Part shown: piece after piece, positions 48,943 to 64,000 of the stretch
Position numbering within the stretch: the first letter of the stretch is position 1
Layout: each line of letters opens with the position of its first letter
Assembly: GCF_006345805.1 (NCBI RefSeq)
Contig: NC_043022.1
Span: 23,808,001-23,872,000, forward strand
Length of the DNA stretch: 64,000 bases
Origin: Octopus sinensis
Lineage: Eukaryota
Reading direction: 5' to 3'
Program-made: the position numbers and the translations under genes
The notes under the pieces: generated by a model
What the model was told of the DNA's origin: nothing
Databases searched by the model: none
What the model saw: only the letters and a program-made list of their open reading frames with translations

Positions 48943-49775
48943 ATATATATATATACATACGTACAAAACTTTCCACACACACACAGATGTATGTACTGTA
49001 TATACGACGGGCTTCTTTCAGTTTCCATCTACCAGATCGGTTCGAGCCTAGAGAAGACATTTGCCCAAGGAGCCATGCAGTGGGACTGAACCCGGGGGTT
49101 TTAATCAAACTAATCGACCCAAGAGCTTACTTTCTTAAAGCCTAGTGCTTATTCTGTTGTTCTCTTTTGCCGAACCTCTAGTTTACGGAGACGTAAGCAC
49201 ATCAATACCGGTTGTCAAGCGGTGATGAGAGGCAAGCACAAACACACACACACACACATATATGACAGGCTTCTTTCAGTTTCCGTGTACCAAATCCATT
49301 CACAAGGTTTCGGTCGGCCTGAGGCTATAGTAGAAGACACTTGGCTAAGGAGCTATGCACTGGGATTAAACCTAGAACCATGTGGCTGAGAAGCAACCTT
49401 CTTACCACACAGCCCCCGCCTGCGCCTTAATACATACATACACACATACACGCGTATCTATATACGCCTGCATACATGTAAACAACATGTCTCTGCATAT
49501 CTGTGTATCATTATTGTTATTGTATGTCTTTTTTTTATGAATTGTAGAATAAAATGTAATATAGTTGTTTATTGGTGAAACATGAAGACATCAGCATGTT
49601 CTGAGACACGTTGTTCAGATGACTCACAGATACATATGTACGTATAACACCTTGTAGATAACCAAAGGGAAAATATATATGTACATATGCATACATACAT
49701 ACTTACATGTATTGTATGCATGTATATACATCTGTGTGTTTGTAATATGTATGTACACATATGTACCATATGTAT

Positions 49776-49811
<36 letters not shown>

Positions 49812-49916
49812 GTAAGTATGTATATATGTATGCAGTTACTTATATTTGCATGTATGTATAAGTATATATGTATGTATAAGTATATACTGTATGTATATAT
49901 AATATATACATATATA

Positions 49917-50016
<100 letters not shown>

Positions 50017-50128
50017 TTTATACATACATACATACACGCAAATATATATGCGCAAACATGTATTTAAAGTAGCGAACACCCACAATGTAGATCTATATGT
50101 ATATATATATATATATGTATATATATAT

Positions 50129-50168
<40 letters not shown>

Positions 50169-50992
50169 CATTTATGTCCTATATACACACATTATATACA
50201 TGTATACGTATGTAGATACACAAAACATGCAATGAATAATATATATTGCACGCACGCACATATTCACACATACTTATACACCTACATACACATAGACGTA
50301 TAAATTTATTCAAAGGTATACATACATATATATATACATATGTACATACATGCATGAATACATACATATATACATACATGCATGCATGAATACATACATA
50401 CATATATACATAAATACATACATACATACATACATACATACATACATACATACATACATACATACATACATACATGCATATATTATATATTATATTATAT
50501 GCAAATAAAAATATTGTATAATAAACTAAAAGACCATAATGGAAAAACATTCCTCAAACAGTAAAGGAATCATAGAATGTAAATGAAAGGAGAGAAGAAT
50601 GGATATGATTTGAAAGCATCCACCGAAAAAAGAAGGACGGAATTTAGAAAGGGAAAAAAATTATCTATGAAAAAATATGGCGGCCGTCACATATTGTGTC
50701 TTCAGCAATAGAGGTAAAAATTGTGTAAGCTAAAGCTTCAAATGTAATCCTTTTTGCAAGGATTATCAATTATATACGTTTTTATGTTTATGTATACACC
50801 TGTCTATATACACACATATTTATATATGTGTGTGTGCGCTACTGAGTGTGTGTATGTATGTATTAGTGAATATAAACACACACACACACACACACACCAC
50901 ATCTACATGCTTATAAATGCATAGCTATCCATCTCTTTCTTCCCTCCTCTCTCTCTCTACATATATGTATATACACGCTATACTTGATAGTG

Positions 50993-51024
<32 letters not shown>

Positions 51025-51413
51025 ATTCAAAACTATACGTACGTATATTTTTACATGCATATGTATGTCTGCATGTATGTGTATGTATGTATGTATGTAT
51101 ATATGTATGTATGTATGTGTGCATATATATTTTCATACACGTATAAATGTACGTGATTTTAAATATATATGTGTGTGTGCTTATGTATGTGTGTGTATGT
51201 ATATATATATGTGTGTGTGCTTATGTATGTGTGTGTATGTATATATATATGTGTGTGTGTATGTATGTATGTGAATGTATGCACGTATATACATATAAGT
51301 ATCCATAGAACTGTGTACTACAAACATATATGTATATGCATACACTTACATATATATATACCTGCTTAAACATCGACACGTGGAACAAATACACGCATAC
51401 TTAAACACAAACA

Positions 51414-51463
<50 letters not shown>

Positions 51464-51667
51464 GCAGAGCTCGCACGCAACATTCACCAAGACTTATAAT
51501 ATATATATTTTTTCCATTCGTTTATCGCGTATATTTCAGATATATTTTTAATGTCTATCTTACTTCATATGCTTTCCATTTTTTCATTATCTTCTTGAGA
51601 TAGAGAAGATTTGGGGTTAATATGGAAGAAATACGACATTTTTCTGGGGCGGGGAGTTGTTTTTTTT

Positions 51668-51767
51668 NNNNNNNNNNNNNNNNNNNNNNNNNNNNNNNNN
51701 NNNNNNNNNNNNNNNNNNNNNNNNNNNNNNNNNNNNNNNNNNNNNNNNNNNNNNNNNNNNNNNNNNN
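51668..51767. other. Assembly gap (100 N)
   Basis: Run of exactly 100 N. Confidence 0.99.
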
Positions 51768-52229
51768 ATGTTAAATGAAATCTACGTCAGCTGATGTAGC
51801 TAAATATCTAATGAACAATATCCCAATGTTATATACGCTACACAATCTTTATTTCAATCTGTGTGTGTGTGATCGTAAGGTAATGATTCTGATATCCGGC
51901 GGCACGTTGTGTCCTTGAGCAAGACATTTTATTTCACGTTGCTCCACTTCCCTCAGCTCAATCAAAAATGATAGTACTTGTATATCAAAGGGCCAGTCTT
52001 TTCACGTTCTGTGTCACGATGAATCACCCTGAAAACCACGTCAAGGGTTCGCGTGACTGAGGAGTGCTCAGCCAGTTGTACGTTAATTTCGTGAGCAAGC
52101 TGTTCTGTTGTTATTTATACGTATGTGCTGTTGATCTGAAATTCACACCAGCAGCACATACCTCATCACCACCTCCGAACACTAATAAAAATTTACATCA
52201 GTTAGCTCATTTAGAGAATGATCAAATGG

Positions 52230-52322
52230 ACAGAACCTGATGAAGCTGTAGCGACAATGTTGCAATGCTGCAGCTGCGACTGGGAGTAGTCACTGCAACA
52301 GAAACACTTGTAGGTATGCTGT
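52230..52322 (+). ncRNA. Possible decayed hammerhead with branched stem II
   Basis: CTGATGA (52237-52243), 9-bp stem AGCTGTAGC/GCTGCAGCT, extra hairpin, GAAA-CACTTG-TA; stem I poor. Confidence 0.4.
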
Positions 52323-52413
52323 ATGCTGTGTATAGCTATAAAATAAATTTTCTCGATGTACAAGTCTCCATACTCTTTATTATTATTAATAACACACACA
52401 CACATATACATAC

Positions 52414-52458
<45 letters not shown>

Positions 52459-52460
52459 AT

Positions 52461-52507
<47 letters not shown>

Positions 52508-52874
52508 TATATGATGTATATTGTGTGTGTGTTGTATAATCATGTATGAATATGTATGTATAGAAGCAGGCCTCCAGTTATATCACATCTTCAAACAGTC
52601 ATATAGGCAGGAGAAAGGATGGTAACGTAATATTGGATATCAATATATATATATATATATATATATATAGCTGTACGTGAGTGTGTGTGTGTGTGTACGT
52701 GTATGTACATGCATGTATAACTTTATTACAGCTATTATTACTTCTTAAAGAGAGACATAAATACGAAAATATTCAATTAGAAGTGACATTCGAATTACAC
52801 ACATACACATTCATATACTTATATGAACACATGCATCAACATAAATATATATGCATGCCTGTATGTATTCCACA

Positions 52875-52917
<43 letters not shown>

Positions 52918-53059
52918 ACACATCTGTACATGTATATGTATGCATATATATATAAATAAAATATATAGAGAGAGATACATATATCTGTATGTGAGTGTAT
53001 ATATATACATATAAATACTCACAGATGTGTAAATATATATATGTAAAGATATAATGTAA

Positions 53060-53090
<31 letters not shown>

Positions 53091-54116
53091 TATATTATAT
53101 AATATATTATATATAATATATATATATATATACATATACATATTATATTTACACATCTGTGAGTATTTCTATGTATGTGTGAAACATCGATACATACACA
53201 CTCATACACATGTATAAACATACACACGCATATACATACATAGACTTGTACATATAAAGAGAGAAAGAGGGAGGGAGAGAGAATGGGAGAAAGTGAGAGG
53301 GGGGAGAGAGTGGCATTTCTGATAGGATTCATGATTCATGCATGCAAAGCCATTTACTTCCAATGTATATATATATAAAGTCCACCCCACAACCAACACC
53401 GAACAACTATGAACCTCACTGTCTCTCTTCCACTTTCATTCTTTCTCCCTCCCCTCTCTCTCTTCTTTCTCACTAAGCTGCCCGCCTAGCCAACCCTACC
53501 ACTTTCTCATTAACAGCTTCCCACATTGCCAAACTCTATATATCACTATGGAAACACGTACAGGTGATAATTTTGATGGAATGGATATTTTCATTGGTAA
53601 TCGTTTTCTATTAAGTTCTAATTGAGTGCTGTTTGAGGTAGAGGCAGTATATTATTATCAACTAACGTATGTCTCTCTATTGAATAATACATGGCCATGT
53701 TTAATGTCGAGAGATTGCAATAATACACGACTGCTTGTAATTGTATACGAAACGTATGTGTATGTGGTTGTATGTAAGCAAGTATGCATGTGTGTATCTA
53801 TGCGAGTTTGTACATTTATACATACACACACACAGATATATATATGTATATATATATATATAGATATATATCATATATATATATATAGATAAATATATAT
53901 ATATATATATAAACATACATATACATATATGTGTGTTACGTTTGTGTCTACAAATGTGAACACGCTCTCAGCTACAACACACATATACACATACATATAC
54001 ATACGTATATATGGTGTGTGTATACGTATGTATATGTAAGCATATAATATATGCTTATATACATACAAACCCATATATATATACATTTATATACACACAT
54101 ATATATATACATACAA

Positions 54117-54147
<31 letters not shown>

Positions 54148-54216
54148 TACACATATTCACGTATATTATATATTATATTCATTATATATATGTATGTGTG
54201 TGCATTATATATATAT

Positions 54217-54307
<91 letters not shown>

Positions 54308-54316
54308 GATATATCG

Positions 54317-54347
<31 letters not shown>

Positions 54348-55038
54348 TATATAATATATGCATGTACATATATACATATACAGACAGTATGTAAATAATA
54401 TATATCAATTTACATATGAATGCCCGTTTATATAATGTATATTACATATGCGTTTGTGTGAATGCGTGCGTAAAGGCACACACGCACAAGCAGACATACA
54501 TATATATATATATATATACACACACATTTCTGTATGTATATGTTTGTGTGTACGTGTGTGTGAGAGGGGAGTTTGTGTGTGTAATTTGTATATGTGTAGG
54601 TTAATGGTAGGATTCTCTATCTCATCATTGAAATATGAGAAAGCAATTATGTAATATATGTATTAATGCAAGTGTGTATGTGTATGTATGTGTGCATGTA
54701 TGTATGTTTGTGCGTATGTATGTATGTGTGTGTGTATATGTGTGTTCTAATTCTCCATTGAACACTGACAAATATTGACAGAAACAGGAGAAAGAGGAGT
54801 AAGAGGGTGTCAAAACTTAAAATATACGAAACAAAGAGATCGTTGTCGTCATCGTCGTCATTATCCCTATCACTATCATCACCAGTATCATCATCATCAC
54901 CATCGGCATCGTCATTATCGTCGGCGTCGTAGTCATCATCATCATCATCATCATCATCACCATCACCATCACCGTCACCATTAACAACATTATCATTATC
55001 ATCTTCGTCATCATCACCATCGTCGTCGTGTTGTAGTT

Positions 55039-55071
<33 letters not shown>

Positions 55072-55717
55072 TCATCAGCATCATCATCATCATCATCACC
55101 ACCACCACCACCACCACCACCGTCACCATTAACATTATCATCTTCGTCGTCGTCACCATCGTCGTCGTGTTGTCGTCGTCATCATCATCATCATCGTGTC
55201 ATCATCAACAATGGTATTAACAGCAATAACAATATGTTCATAATGACGATGGAGAAGAGGAGGAGGAGGAAAAACAACAACAACAATAATAATAATAATA
55301 ACAATAATAATAATATTTAATAATTTGTCGGAGAAATGGTTTCATAAAATAGTCACAAACAAAGGACTTCCCTGTAGACACAAAGAGAAAGATGCAGAGT
55401 GAGGGAGAGAGAGAGAGAGCGCGAAAGAGGAGGTCGGGGTAGAGGAAGAGAGAGAGGCAGCTCACTAAAATATGGCGAAGAATGCGGACAATTTCCTTTG
55501 AACTGTCTTTGAGCAAGAGATAACCTTAATTTCGATCTCTTCGAAATTCGATTAAGTTTTCACTGAACATGTCAAAATATAATAACTTCAACAAAAATGG
55601 AGGCTTAGTTGTTCTTCATCTGTTTCGTTTTCTTTTAATGCACACAGACGCACGCGCCCACCACAACACACACATACACATACGCACGCACACACACGTG
55701 TATTGTAAGTATTATAT

Positions 55718-55754
<37 letters not shown>

Positions 55755-55928
55755 CTATATAATTGTAAATATTTATATATGTATTATGGATATATGTGTA
55801 CGTACATGTATATGTGTGTATTTATTTATAAATTTATCAATATTCATTTGTAGTTTTATAAATTTATTGATTTCGGATATTTTTAATGATTTATTTATTT
55901 ATTTATTTCCGGTACCCTCTCGTTCACG

Positions 55929-55962
<34 letters not shown>

Positions 55963-56767
55963 TATCGCCGTCGTCGTCGTTGTCGTCAACAACGAAAACA
56001 TCGTGATCGTGGTCATCGTCATCATTATGAATCCGTTGTTTTTGTTTTTTTATTCCTATTTCAAAATCGAAATTCTCATTTCTTAATAGTCTGATGAGTG
56101 TGTTTCATTAAACGTACATATATGCATACATGCACGCATCCATCCATACATACATACATACATACATACACTCACACATACATACATGTATACATGCATG
56201 CAAGCATGCACGCTTACAGACATGCATGCATACGTACATGCATGCATGCATACATGCATACATACATGCATGTATGCATACATATATACATACATACGTT
56301 CATACATACATATGTTCATTCATGCATATATACATATATGCATACATACATGCTTGTATACATACTTATATACATACATGCGTACATCATGCATGCATTC
56401 ATACATACATATATACATATATATGTTCAAACATACATGATTACATACATGCATACATACATATATACATACATACGTTCATACATGCATACATATATAC
56501 ATGCATACATACAAATATGCATGCATACATACATATATACATAAATAGATACGTTCATACATACATATATACATAGATATATACGTTCATACATACATGC
56601 ATAGATATATACGTTCATACATACATGCATATATACATACAAATATGCATGTATGCATACATATATAAGCATAGATGCATCCATGCATTCATGCATATAT
56701 ACATATATACATACATCCGTACATACATACATATATGCATACATACGTACATGCACGCACACGCACG

Positions 56768-56800
<33 letters not shown>

Positions 56801-56920
56801 GCATACATACATACATATATGCATACATACATACTTACATATATACATACAACATATATATACATACATACATACATACATATATATATATACATACATA
56901 CACACACACGCACGCGCGCG

Positions 56921-56969
<49 letters not shown>

Positions 56970-56989
56970 AATGGCGTCATCAACGTCAG

Positions 56990-57380
56990 GCGTGCAGGAC
57001 CGTTTGAACGCTTTCTTCTCCGTTTATGCCTACTTCTCTATCCGAAGTCAGTAAGCTTTTACTTAATAATACAGCGTTATTCAGACCGGATTCTATCAAC
57101 ATACCTTAAACTATATGGATTCTCACTAACGCGATCATGGCTGAAATTAATAACATCAACACCGACGAAAACAGCGCTACAGCACCAATATGCTATCTAA
57201 GAAGATGTACAAATACGATCTGTAAGTGGAACAGTTAAAATGTGCAAGACTTTTCCTCAGGTTTAAAACGAGAGATTATTTTTATCAACATTCCAATGAT
57301 GGAGCTTTGTATCTTTGTTAGAAACCAGCTTTTCACTCGGAGAAAGAATTTAGGTAATTTAAAGCAGAAGAGAACATACA
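56990..57380 (+). mobile_element. R4/Dong-clade 3' relic beside a (CATA)n field
   Basis: 3' region matches 30830-30985 (GTAAGTGGAACAG...GTTAGAAACCAGCT). Confidence 0.65.
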
Positions 57381-59133
57381 AACATCCACACATTCACACC
57401 CCAATTGAGTTAATTAGATAATGAATGATCGCTAGTATAAAAAATCTTAATTAAGAAAAACCAAACATTAAATCTACGGTTATGCAAAAACTTAGCTTTA
57501 AGCTTTTTAATTTCGTCCCATAGTTTGACAATAGAACAGTGAATATAAGTACTAATTAAGAATTAAGTATTCTGGGCATATTTTAAACTGCATCCGGTCG
57601 GAGGGACCAGGTTTAGGATCTCTGGGTTTTTGAGGCGTGTGGAGTCACTCCTTAGCGGTTTCGATTCTCAGACCGGGCGTTGTGGGTGTTTATTGAGCGA
57701 AAACACCTAAAGAAACACGAGGCTCCGGCAATGGGTGGTAGCGAACCCTGCTGTACTCTTTCACCACAACTTTCTTTCACTCTTACTTCCTATTTCTGTT
57801 GTACCTGTATTTCAAAGGGCCAGCCTTGTCACACTTTGTGTCATACTGTATCTTCCCGAGAACTACGTTAAGGGTACACGTGTCTGTGGAGTGCTCAGAG
57901 ACTTGTACGTTAATTTCACGAGCAGGTTGTTCCGTTGATCAGATCAACTGGAACACTCGTCGTCGTAACCGACGGAGTGCCACGATGCCGACAATGGGAA
58001 GTGCGGGGCCCAATTAGAGAACTGTCAGTGGGGCCCTCTACTCGACAAAAGCTGAAGACTGATGTTTTATACTTCTGTAGTAGGCCAATCCCAGCCAAAA
58101 ACCGTTGAGAGCTTGATATGCTAAAATTTCATCATAGCGTCCTTTCTTCGTGCGTGTGTACGGTGCCTTCTCTTGACGCGGGGCCCAATTTGAATAAATC
58201 TGTTTAATTGGCTTAAAACCGGCCATGAGTATTATTAGCTGTCAGGGCCCTAACTATGGGTTAAAAAGTATATAGCCACCCGAGCCAGGACACATTGAAA
58301 CCATAGGATGCAGCATGGTGGTTGGGAACTACTACTACTACTATTACTTCTTCTTCTCTTCTTCTTCTTCTTCTTCTTCTTCTTCTTCTTCTTCTTCTTC
58401 TTCTTCTTCTTGTCCTCCTCCTCCTCTTCCTCCTCTATCTCCTTATTTTTCTTTCTATATTTCAGTTTTTCTTCCATCGTCATCATCATCATCATTCCTG
58501 ATTTTCATTGTAGCTCGAGAGAGAGACAAACAGACAGACAGGGATATAGACAAAGACAAACAAACAGGTAGACAGAAAGATAAGGGAGCTCAACAGAAAA
58601 ATAAGCAGAGAGAGGGGAGGAGGGAGGAGAGAGGAGAAGTGGGGAAAGAACAATATCACCACACCAATAATGGTATATTGATACTAAAAGACTTTCGGAA
58701 AGATATTTCTCACGAAACACTTCTCAAATATGAAGACTCTGTTACATATTATTTCAGACATTTTGACGCCTGCGTGTGTGTATGTGCGCGTGTAGTGCGT
58801 GTATGTAAGTGTGTGTATATGTATTTAGGTGTATGTGTATGTATAGACATATATAGAGATAGAGAGATACATCCATACACACACATATATATGTGTATAT
58901 ATACATATACGTAAACGCGTATGTAGATGCATATTCGTAAGTACACTTATACACACAAACATATATCATATGATGCGTGTTGTGTGCATGTACTTGACTT
59001 GTATGTGTGTGTGTGCGTGTGTATGTGTGTGCGTGCGTGTTTTTGCGAAAAATCATTCAACTCTCGGATAACCTTCAATTAAATTCAACAGACTATCTGG
59101 CGCTCATGTATACATGCATACATATATATGCAC

Positions 59134-59190
<57 letters not shown>

Positions 59191-59255
59191 TCATATATGC
59201 ATATATATCTATATATATATATATATATATAATATATATCATATATGCATATATA

Positions 59256-59305
<50 letters not shown>

Positions 59306-59318
59306 TATATTATATATG

Positions 59319-59353
<35 letters not shown>

Positions 59354-59429
59354 TATATATGTATGTATATGTGTGCATTTATATATGTACACACACACGC
59401 ACACGCATATATATATATACATATATATA

Positions 59430-59499
<70 letters not shown>

Positions 59500-59977
59500 T
59501 ACATACTTACACGCACATACGTGCACACACAATACACACACATAAAACTGTGTCTGTGTTTGTTTATTGTCATTTAATCCCTCCCTAACCATCAATTTAA
59601 CTTAATTTAACTCGATTTAATGCGAATTCTTGCACATCCCTGTCAACACTATTTTCGTCTAATTTCTTAATATTTCCTCTAAGTATATTCTTCATACTTT
59701 TACAAACATCAACATGATATTACAGCCGTGACGTACCATTAAAAACACCGGTGACAAACAACGTAAGCTTTGCCTGTTTCTCTTGTTTATTGCTAACGTG
59801 ACGTGATGTCTGCTGCTAGCATTTGATCACGTGAGGTAGAACGTCGTCTGCTGAGTCTGTCTAAACCTTCTCTTTGCACTCCTTCTCTCTCCACGCCCTT
59901 ACTCCCCCTCTCTCTTATTATCTCCCCCTTCATACTTCTCTCTTTGTCTCCGTAGCGCCTATCGTCTCTCTCTATCC

Positions 59978-60010
<33 letters not shown>

Positions 60011-60689
60011 TTGCACTCTCACTCCTCTCTTTCTCGCTCTCACTCTTTTTTTTAAATATATTTTGTTTGTTTCAGTCATTGGATTACGCCCATGTTGGGG
60101 CATCACCTTGTAGGGCTTTAGTCGAATGAACTGATCCCAGTACTTTTTTTTGAAGCCTGGCACTTTTTCTATTGGCACTGAGACTGAACCGCTAAGTTAC
60201 AGGGACATAAACAAACCAATACAAGTTGTCAAGCACTGCTGAGGGACAAACACAAAGACATACACATATAGACACACTTATACATACATACATACATACA
60301 TACATACATACATACATGCATACATACATACATATATACATACACACGCTCACATATATGTATGTATGTATACACGCATGCATGTACGTATATAACATAC
60401 ATACATATGCGACGGGCTTCTTTCAGTTACCGTCTACCAAATCCACTCACAGAACTTTGGTCTTTGGTCGACTTGAGGTCATAGTAGAAGACACTTGCCC
60501 AAGGTGCCACACAGTGCGACTGAACCCGGAGTCATGCAGTTGGGAACCAAACTTCTTACCTCGTAGCCATGCCTTTCTCTGCTCTATGTTCCCCTTCTCA
60601 GTATTTGGCATACTTGTGAACAAAGGTGTTCCAAATACGACCATCCTGGCTTCCATTCTTATTCTGTGTATCAGAGTGTTTTAGTCAGA

Positions 60690-60865
60690 CGTGATGCGCC
60701 TCACTCTCTCATGCATCTTTCACTGTCGTAGTTTTTCAATGTATTTCAACCAGAAAAATGTTCACTTAAAGAGAATAACAAGCTAAATGCAAAATTTTTA
60801 CTTTTCAAAAATTCCAATTCTAAAGGGTCGAAACAAACCCGCGTAACGACGGGCGATACTGCTAG
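60690..60865 (+). mobile_element. Helitron 3' end
   Basis: CCCG...CGGG hairpin, then CGATACTG-CTAG|T (60862-60865). Confidence 0.65.
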
Positions 60866-60979
60866 TGTACATAATTCCTCATCTCTTAAATATAGAACTG
60901 TAAAAGGTGTAGATATTGACACTAGATGCACAGATACTGAAAGTAATGTTGAGTGCACAGGCAAATTGCAATTTGTAGA

Positions 60980-61800
60980 TGGCTATATCCAGCGAACATC
61001 TACACATTGTGTCTATCCAGACCAAATTTACACACTATGTCTGTCTATCCAGTCAAAATCTATACACTGTGTTTATCTAGCCAATCAACATCTACATCCT
61101 ATGTCAATTTATCCAGTCAACATCTACGCACTGTGTTTGCATATCCAGTCAACATCCACACGCTGTGATAATCTATGCAATCTACATCAACACACTGTGT
61201 TGTTGTTTGTTCCTTCTCGAGCCATGCCTGGCTCATAAGGGCCGGTTTCCCAGATTCCTTGGCGTATAGGTCCCCCACCTGGACTGTATGCCGGTCTGTC
61301 GCTGATGAGCTGCAAGATGCAAGAGGAAAGAGTGAGAGAAAGTTGTGGCGAAAGAGTCAGCAGAAGTTTGCCATTACCTTCTGCCGGAGCCGCGTGGAGC
61401 TTAGGTGTTTTTGCTCATAAACACACACATCGCCCGATCTGAGATTCGAACCCGCGGTCCTTCGACCGCGAGTCCGCTGCTCTAACCACTTGGCCATGTG
61501 CTTCCACAAAACAATGTGTCCATTTATCCAATCAATATCTACACACCGTCATTATCCATCTAGTCAATATGTAGAGTGTGTATTTATCTTGCCTACAACT
61601 ATACACTGTTTCTATTTATCCAATCGACCCCTATATACTATGTCTGTCTATCCCTGTCAACATCTTCACACTGTCTTTTTATTCGGTTAGCATAAGAATA
61701 GGCTATATCTAATTATCCAGTGAACAGCTACACAGTGTGACAATCTAGTCAACATCTATGTAATGTGACTATTTATCCAGTCAAAATCTACTCTCAGTTT
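60980..61800 (+). repeat. Degenerate ~32 bp minisatellite interrupted by a SINE (61198-61507)
   Basis: Recurring TATCCAGTCAACATCTACAC..TGTGT. Confidence 0.75.
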
Positions 61801-61922
61801 GTCAACACAACTGTCAAACACACACACAATACAAACCAACTACACAACCAACGGACAGCCTCTGCGACGGCCTAGTTAATCAACATTTAAAATGGACCAC
61901 AATATATTTTACTCATTTATTC

Positions 61923-62305
61923 ATTTACTTGTTTCAGTCATTTGATTGTGGCCATGCTGGAGCACCGCCTTTAGTCGAGGAAATCGACCCCAGGACTTAT
62001 TCTTTGTAAGCCTAGTACTTATTCTATCGGTCTCTTTTGCCGAACCGCTAAGGTACGGAGACGTAAACACACCAGCATCGGTTGTCAAGCGATGTTGGGT
62101 GTGGGGGGACAAACACAACACACAAACATACACATATATATATATATACGACGGAGTTCTTTCAGTTTCCGTCTACCAAATCCACTCACAAGGCTTTGGT
62201 CGGCCCGAGGCTATAGTAAAGACACTTGCCCAAGATGCCACGCAGTGGTACTGAACCCAGAACCATGTGGTTCGTAAGCAAGCTACTTACCACACAGCCA
62301 CTCCT
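61923..62305 (-). mobile_element. SINE family A, full length
   Basis: Close match to the other copies. Confidence 0.9.
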
Positions 62306-62309
62306 ACGC

Positions 62310-62361
<52 letters not shown>

Positions 62362-64000
62362 TATATATATCGAGAGAGAGAGAGAGAGAGAGAAGATAGA
62401 TAGATAGCTATAGATAATAATAATATATATATATATACACAACCATATATACACAACACACTCTCAAACATGCACATGTATGTATGTATATTCAGCTTTC
62501 CTGAAACAATCATGCAATGTAGAAGCAGAGGTAGATAGAGACAGAGATACAGATATAGATAGATAAATAGAGAGAGAGAGGGTGAGAGAGCGAGAGAAAA
62601 AGACAGAGAGAAACAGATAAAAAAGAGACAATAAATAAATACGTTACACGGTTATATAAACCAGAATCACCGTGTGACAAATATGCCATATAATAGCTAG
62701 CTTGAAGCAGCTAGCTGTTTATTTTGCTGGTTAGTTTCGCATCTTCCAGTTGACTAAGCTAGTGCGTAACAACTTCCAACTTCCCATCATCTCAGTAGCC
62801 AAGTCAGCTGGGCTCCCCCGTTGAGAATCATTCAAAGTGAAGTTTCACAACGTTAACGCCGGATACTCGCGTAATTTCGGCTTTAGTTAAATATAATTGT
62901 CACAGTTTGTCGGCAACGGACTATCTTCTCTCTCTCCTTCACCATTGCAAGTCTATTATCCGCATCACGAAAAACAAAAATAATGAAATAAGTATTCAAT
63001 AGACGAATATATATATATATATATGTACATGCGCTATCACATAAAAATATAATAGCCAAACCAAACCAAACAAAGCAAAGCTATATCGATGTAAAAGGCA
63101 ATAAACAAACAAAAAATATAGTAATAATATTAGATATTATCAATTCTATTTTCTGTCACAAGGGCGGTTGATGAAAAAAAAGTAGTAACAATAACAATAA
63201 TAATCATACCGCCATGGTCGATAAAATAAGTACCAGTGAAGGACAGCAGACGATGTTTCACTAGTACTTAATTTATCGACCCTGGAAGGACGAAAGGCAA
63301 AGTTGACCTCAGCGGAATTTGAACTCAGAACGTAAAGATGGACGAAATTCTTCTAAATTAGCGAGGAAAGGCGGCGAGCTGGCAGAATCGTTAGCACGTC
63401 GGGTAAAATGCTTAGCGGCATTTCGTCTGTCTTTACGTTCTGAGTTCAAATTCCGCTGAGGTCGACTTTGCTTGTCATCCCTTTCGTGGTTGATTAATTA
63501 AGTGCCAGTGGAGTACTGGGATCGATGTAATCGACTTAACCCCTCCCTCAAAATTTCAGGCTTTGTGTCTATATTAGAAAGGATATTTCTTCTAACTCAC
63601 AACGTTCTGAGTTCAAATCCCACCGAGGTTAACTTTACCTTTTATCCTTTCGGGGATCGATGAATTATGTCCCAACTGAACACATGAGTCAGAGTAATCA
63701 ACTATCCCTTTTCTACCAAGTTTCAGGCCCTGTGCACATAATGGAAAGAATTATTTAAACCCAAGTTAACCTCGAGCAAACAGACCTTAGACCAAAGAAA
63801 TTGAAAATTAAAATACATGTAGATGACGATTTGGAGTTGTAGACGCCATATGACCCTTGGGGGCACATATAAGATTTTGTTGTTAAAATTTATGCATAGG
63901 CGCAGGCGTGGGTGTGTGGCAAGAAGCTTTCTTCGCAACTACATGGTTCCGAGTTCAATCCCAATGCGTGACACCTTGAGCAAGTATCTTCTACTATAGC

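Noticed and set aside
49568-49605. AAC-ATGAAGA...GACACGTT-GTT hammerhead-like string
   Set aside because: Two core mismatches and an offset stem II; insufficient evidence.
50677-50713. Possible first coding exon MAAVTYCVFSNR
   Set aside because: Weak donor and no downstream exon identified.
56091-56120. CTGATGA...TAAACGTA
   Set aside because: G12 missing and no stem I.

Overview
AT-rich, microsatellite-saturated animal genomic DNA. The SINE repertoire looks like that of Octopus or another coleoid cephalopod (recognition, not a database result). Almost all ORFs in the supplied track are microsatellite or transposon artefacts. The one well-supported gene is the 3' end of a smoothelin-family gene on the + strand: exons 6502-6535 (probable microexon), 8214-8310, 11930-12081 and 14507-14654 splice in frame and encode a C-terminal calponin-homology domain. 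A possible convergent minus-strand terminal exon lies at 18668-18892. The rest is nested mobile DNA: tRNA-derived SINEs; RTE, CR1, Tx1/L1 and R4/Dong LINE relics; Penelope-like elements (PLEs); mariner and Merlin transposons; Merlin-type MITEs carrying TTAGGG repeats; piggyBac-like MITEs; Helitron ends. There is a 100-N gap at 51668-51767. The most striking hidden signal is about nine sequence-unrelated cassettes that fold as type I hammerhead ribozymes of the PLE kind. Several sit in or beside (TA)n microsatellites or inside long inverted repeats, and they show core variants (U3:A8, C4), palindromic stem III and sometimes very long stem II. Also notable are a recently duplicated ~550 bp block ending in a tRNA-like Pol III unit, R4/Dong elements repeatedly associated with (CATA)n, and a back-to-back pair of Merlin relics.
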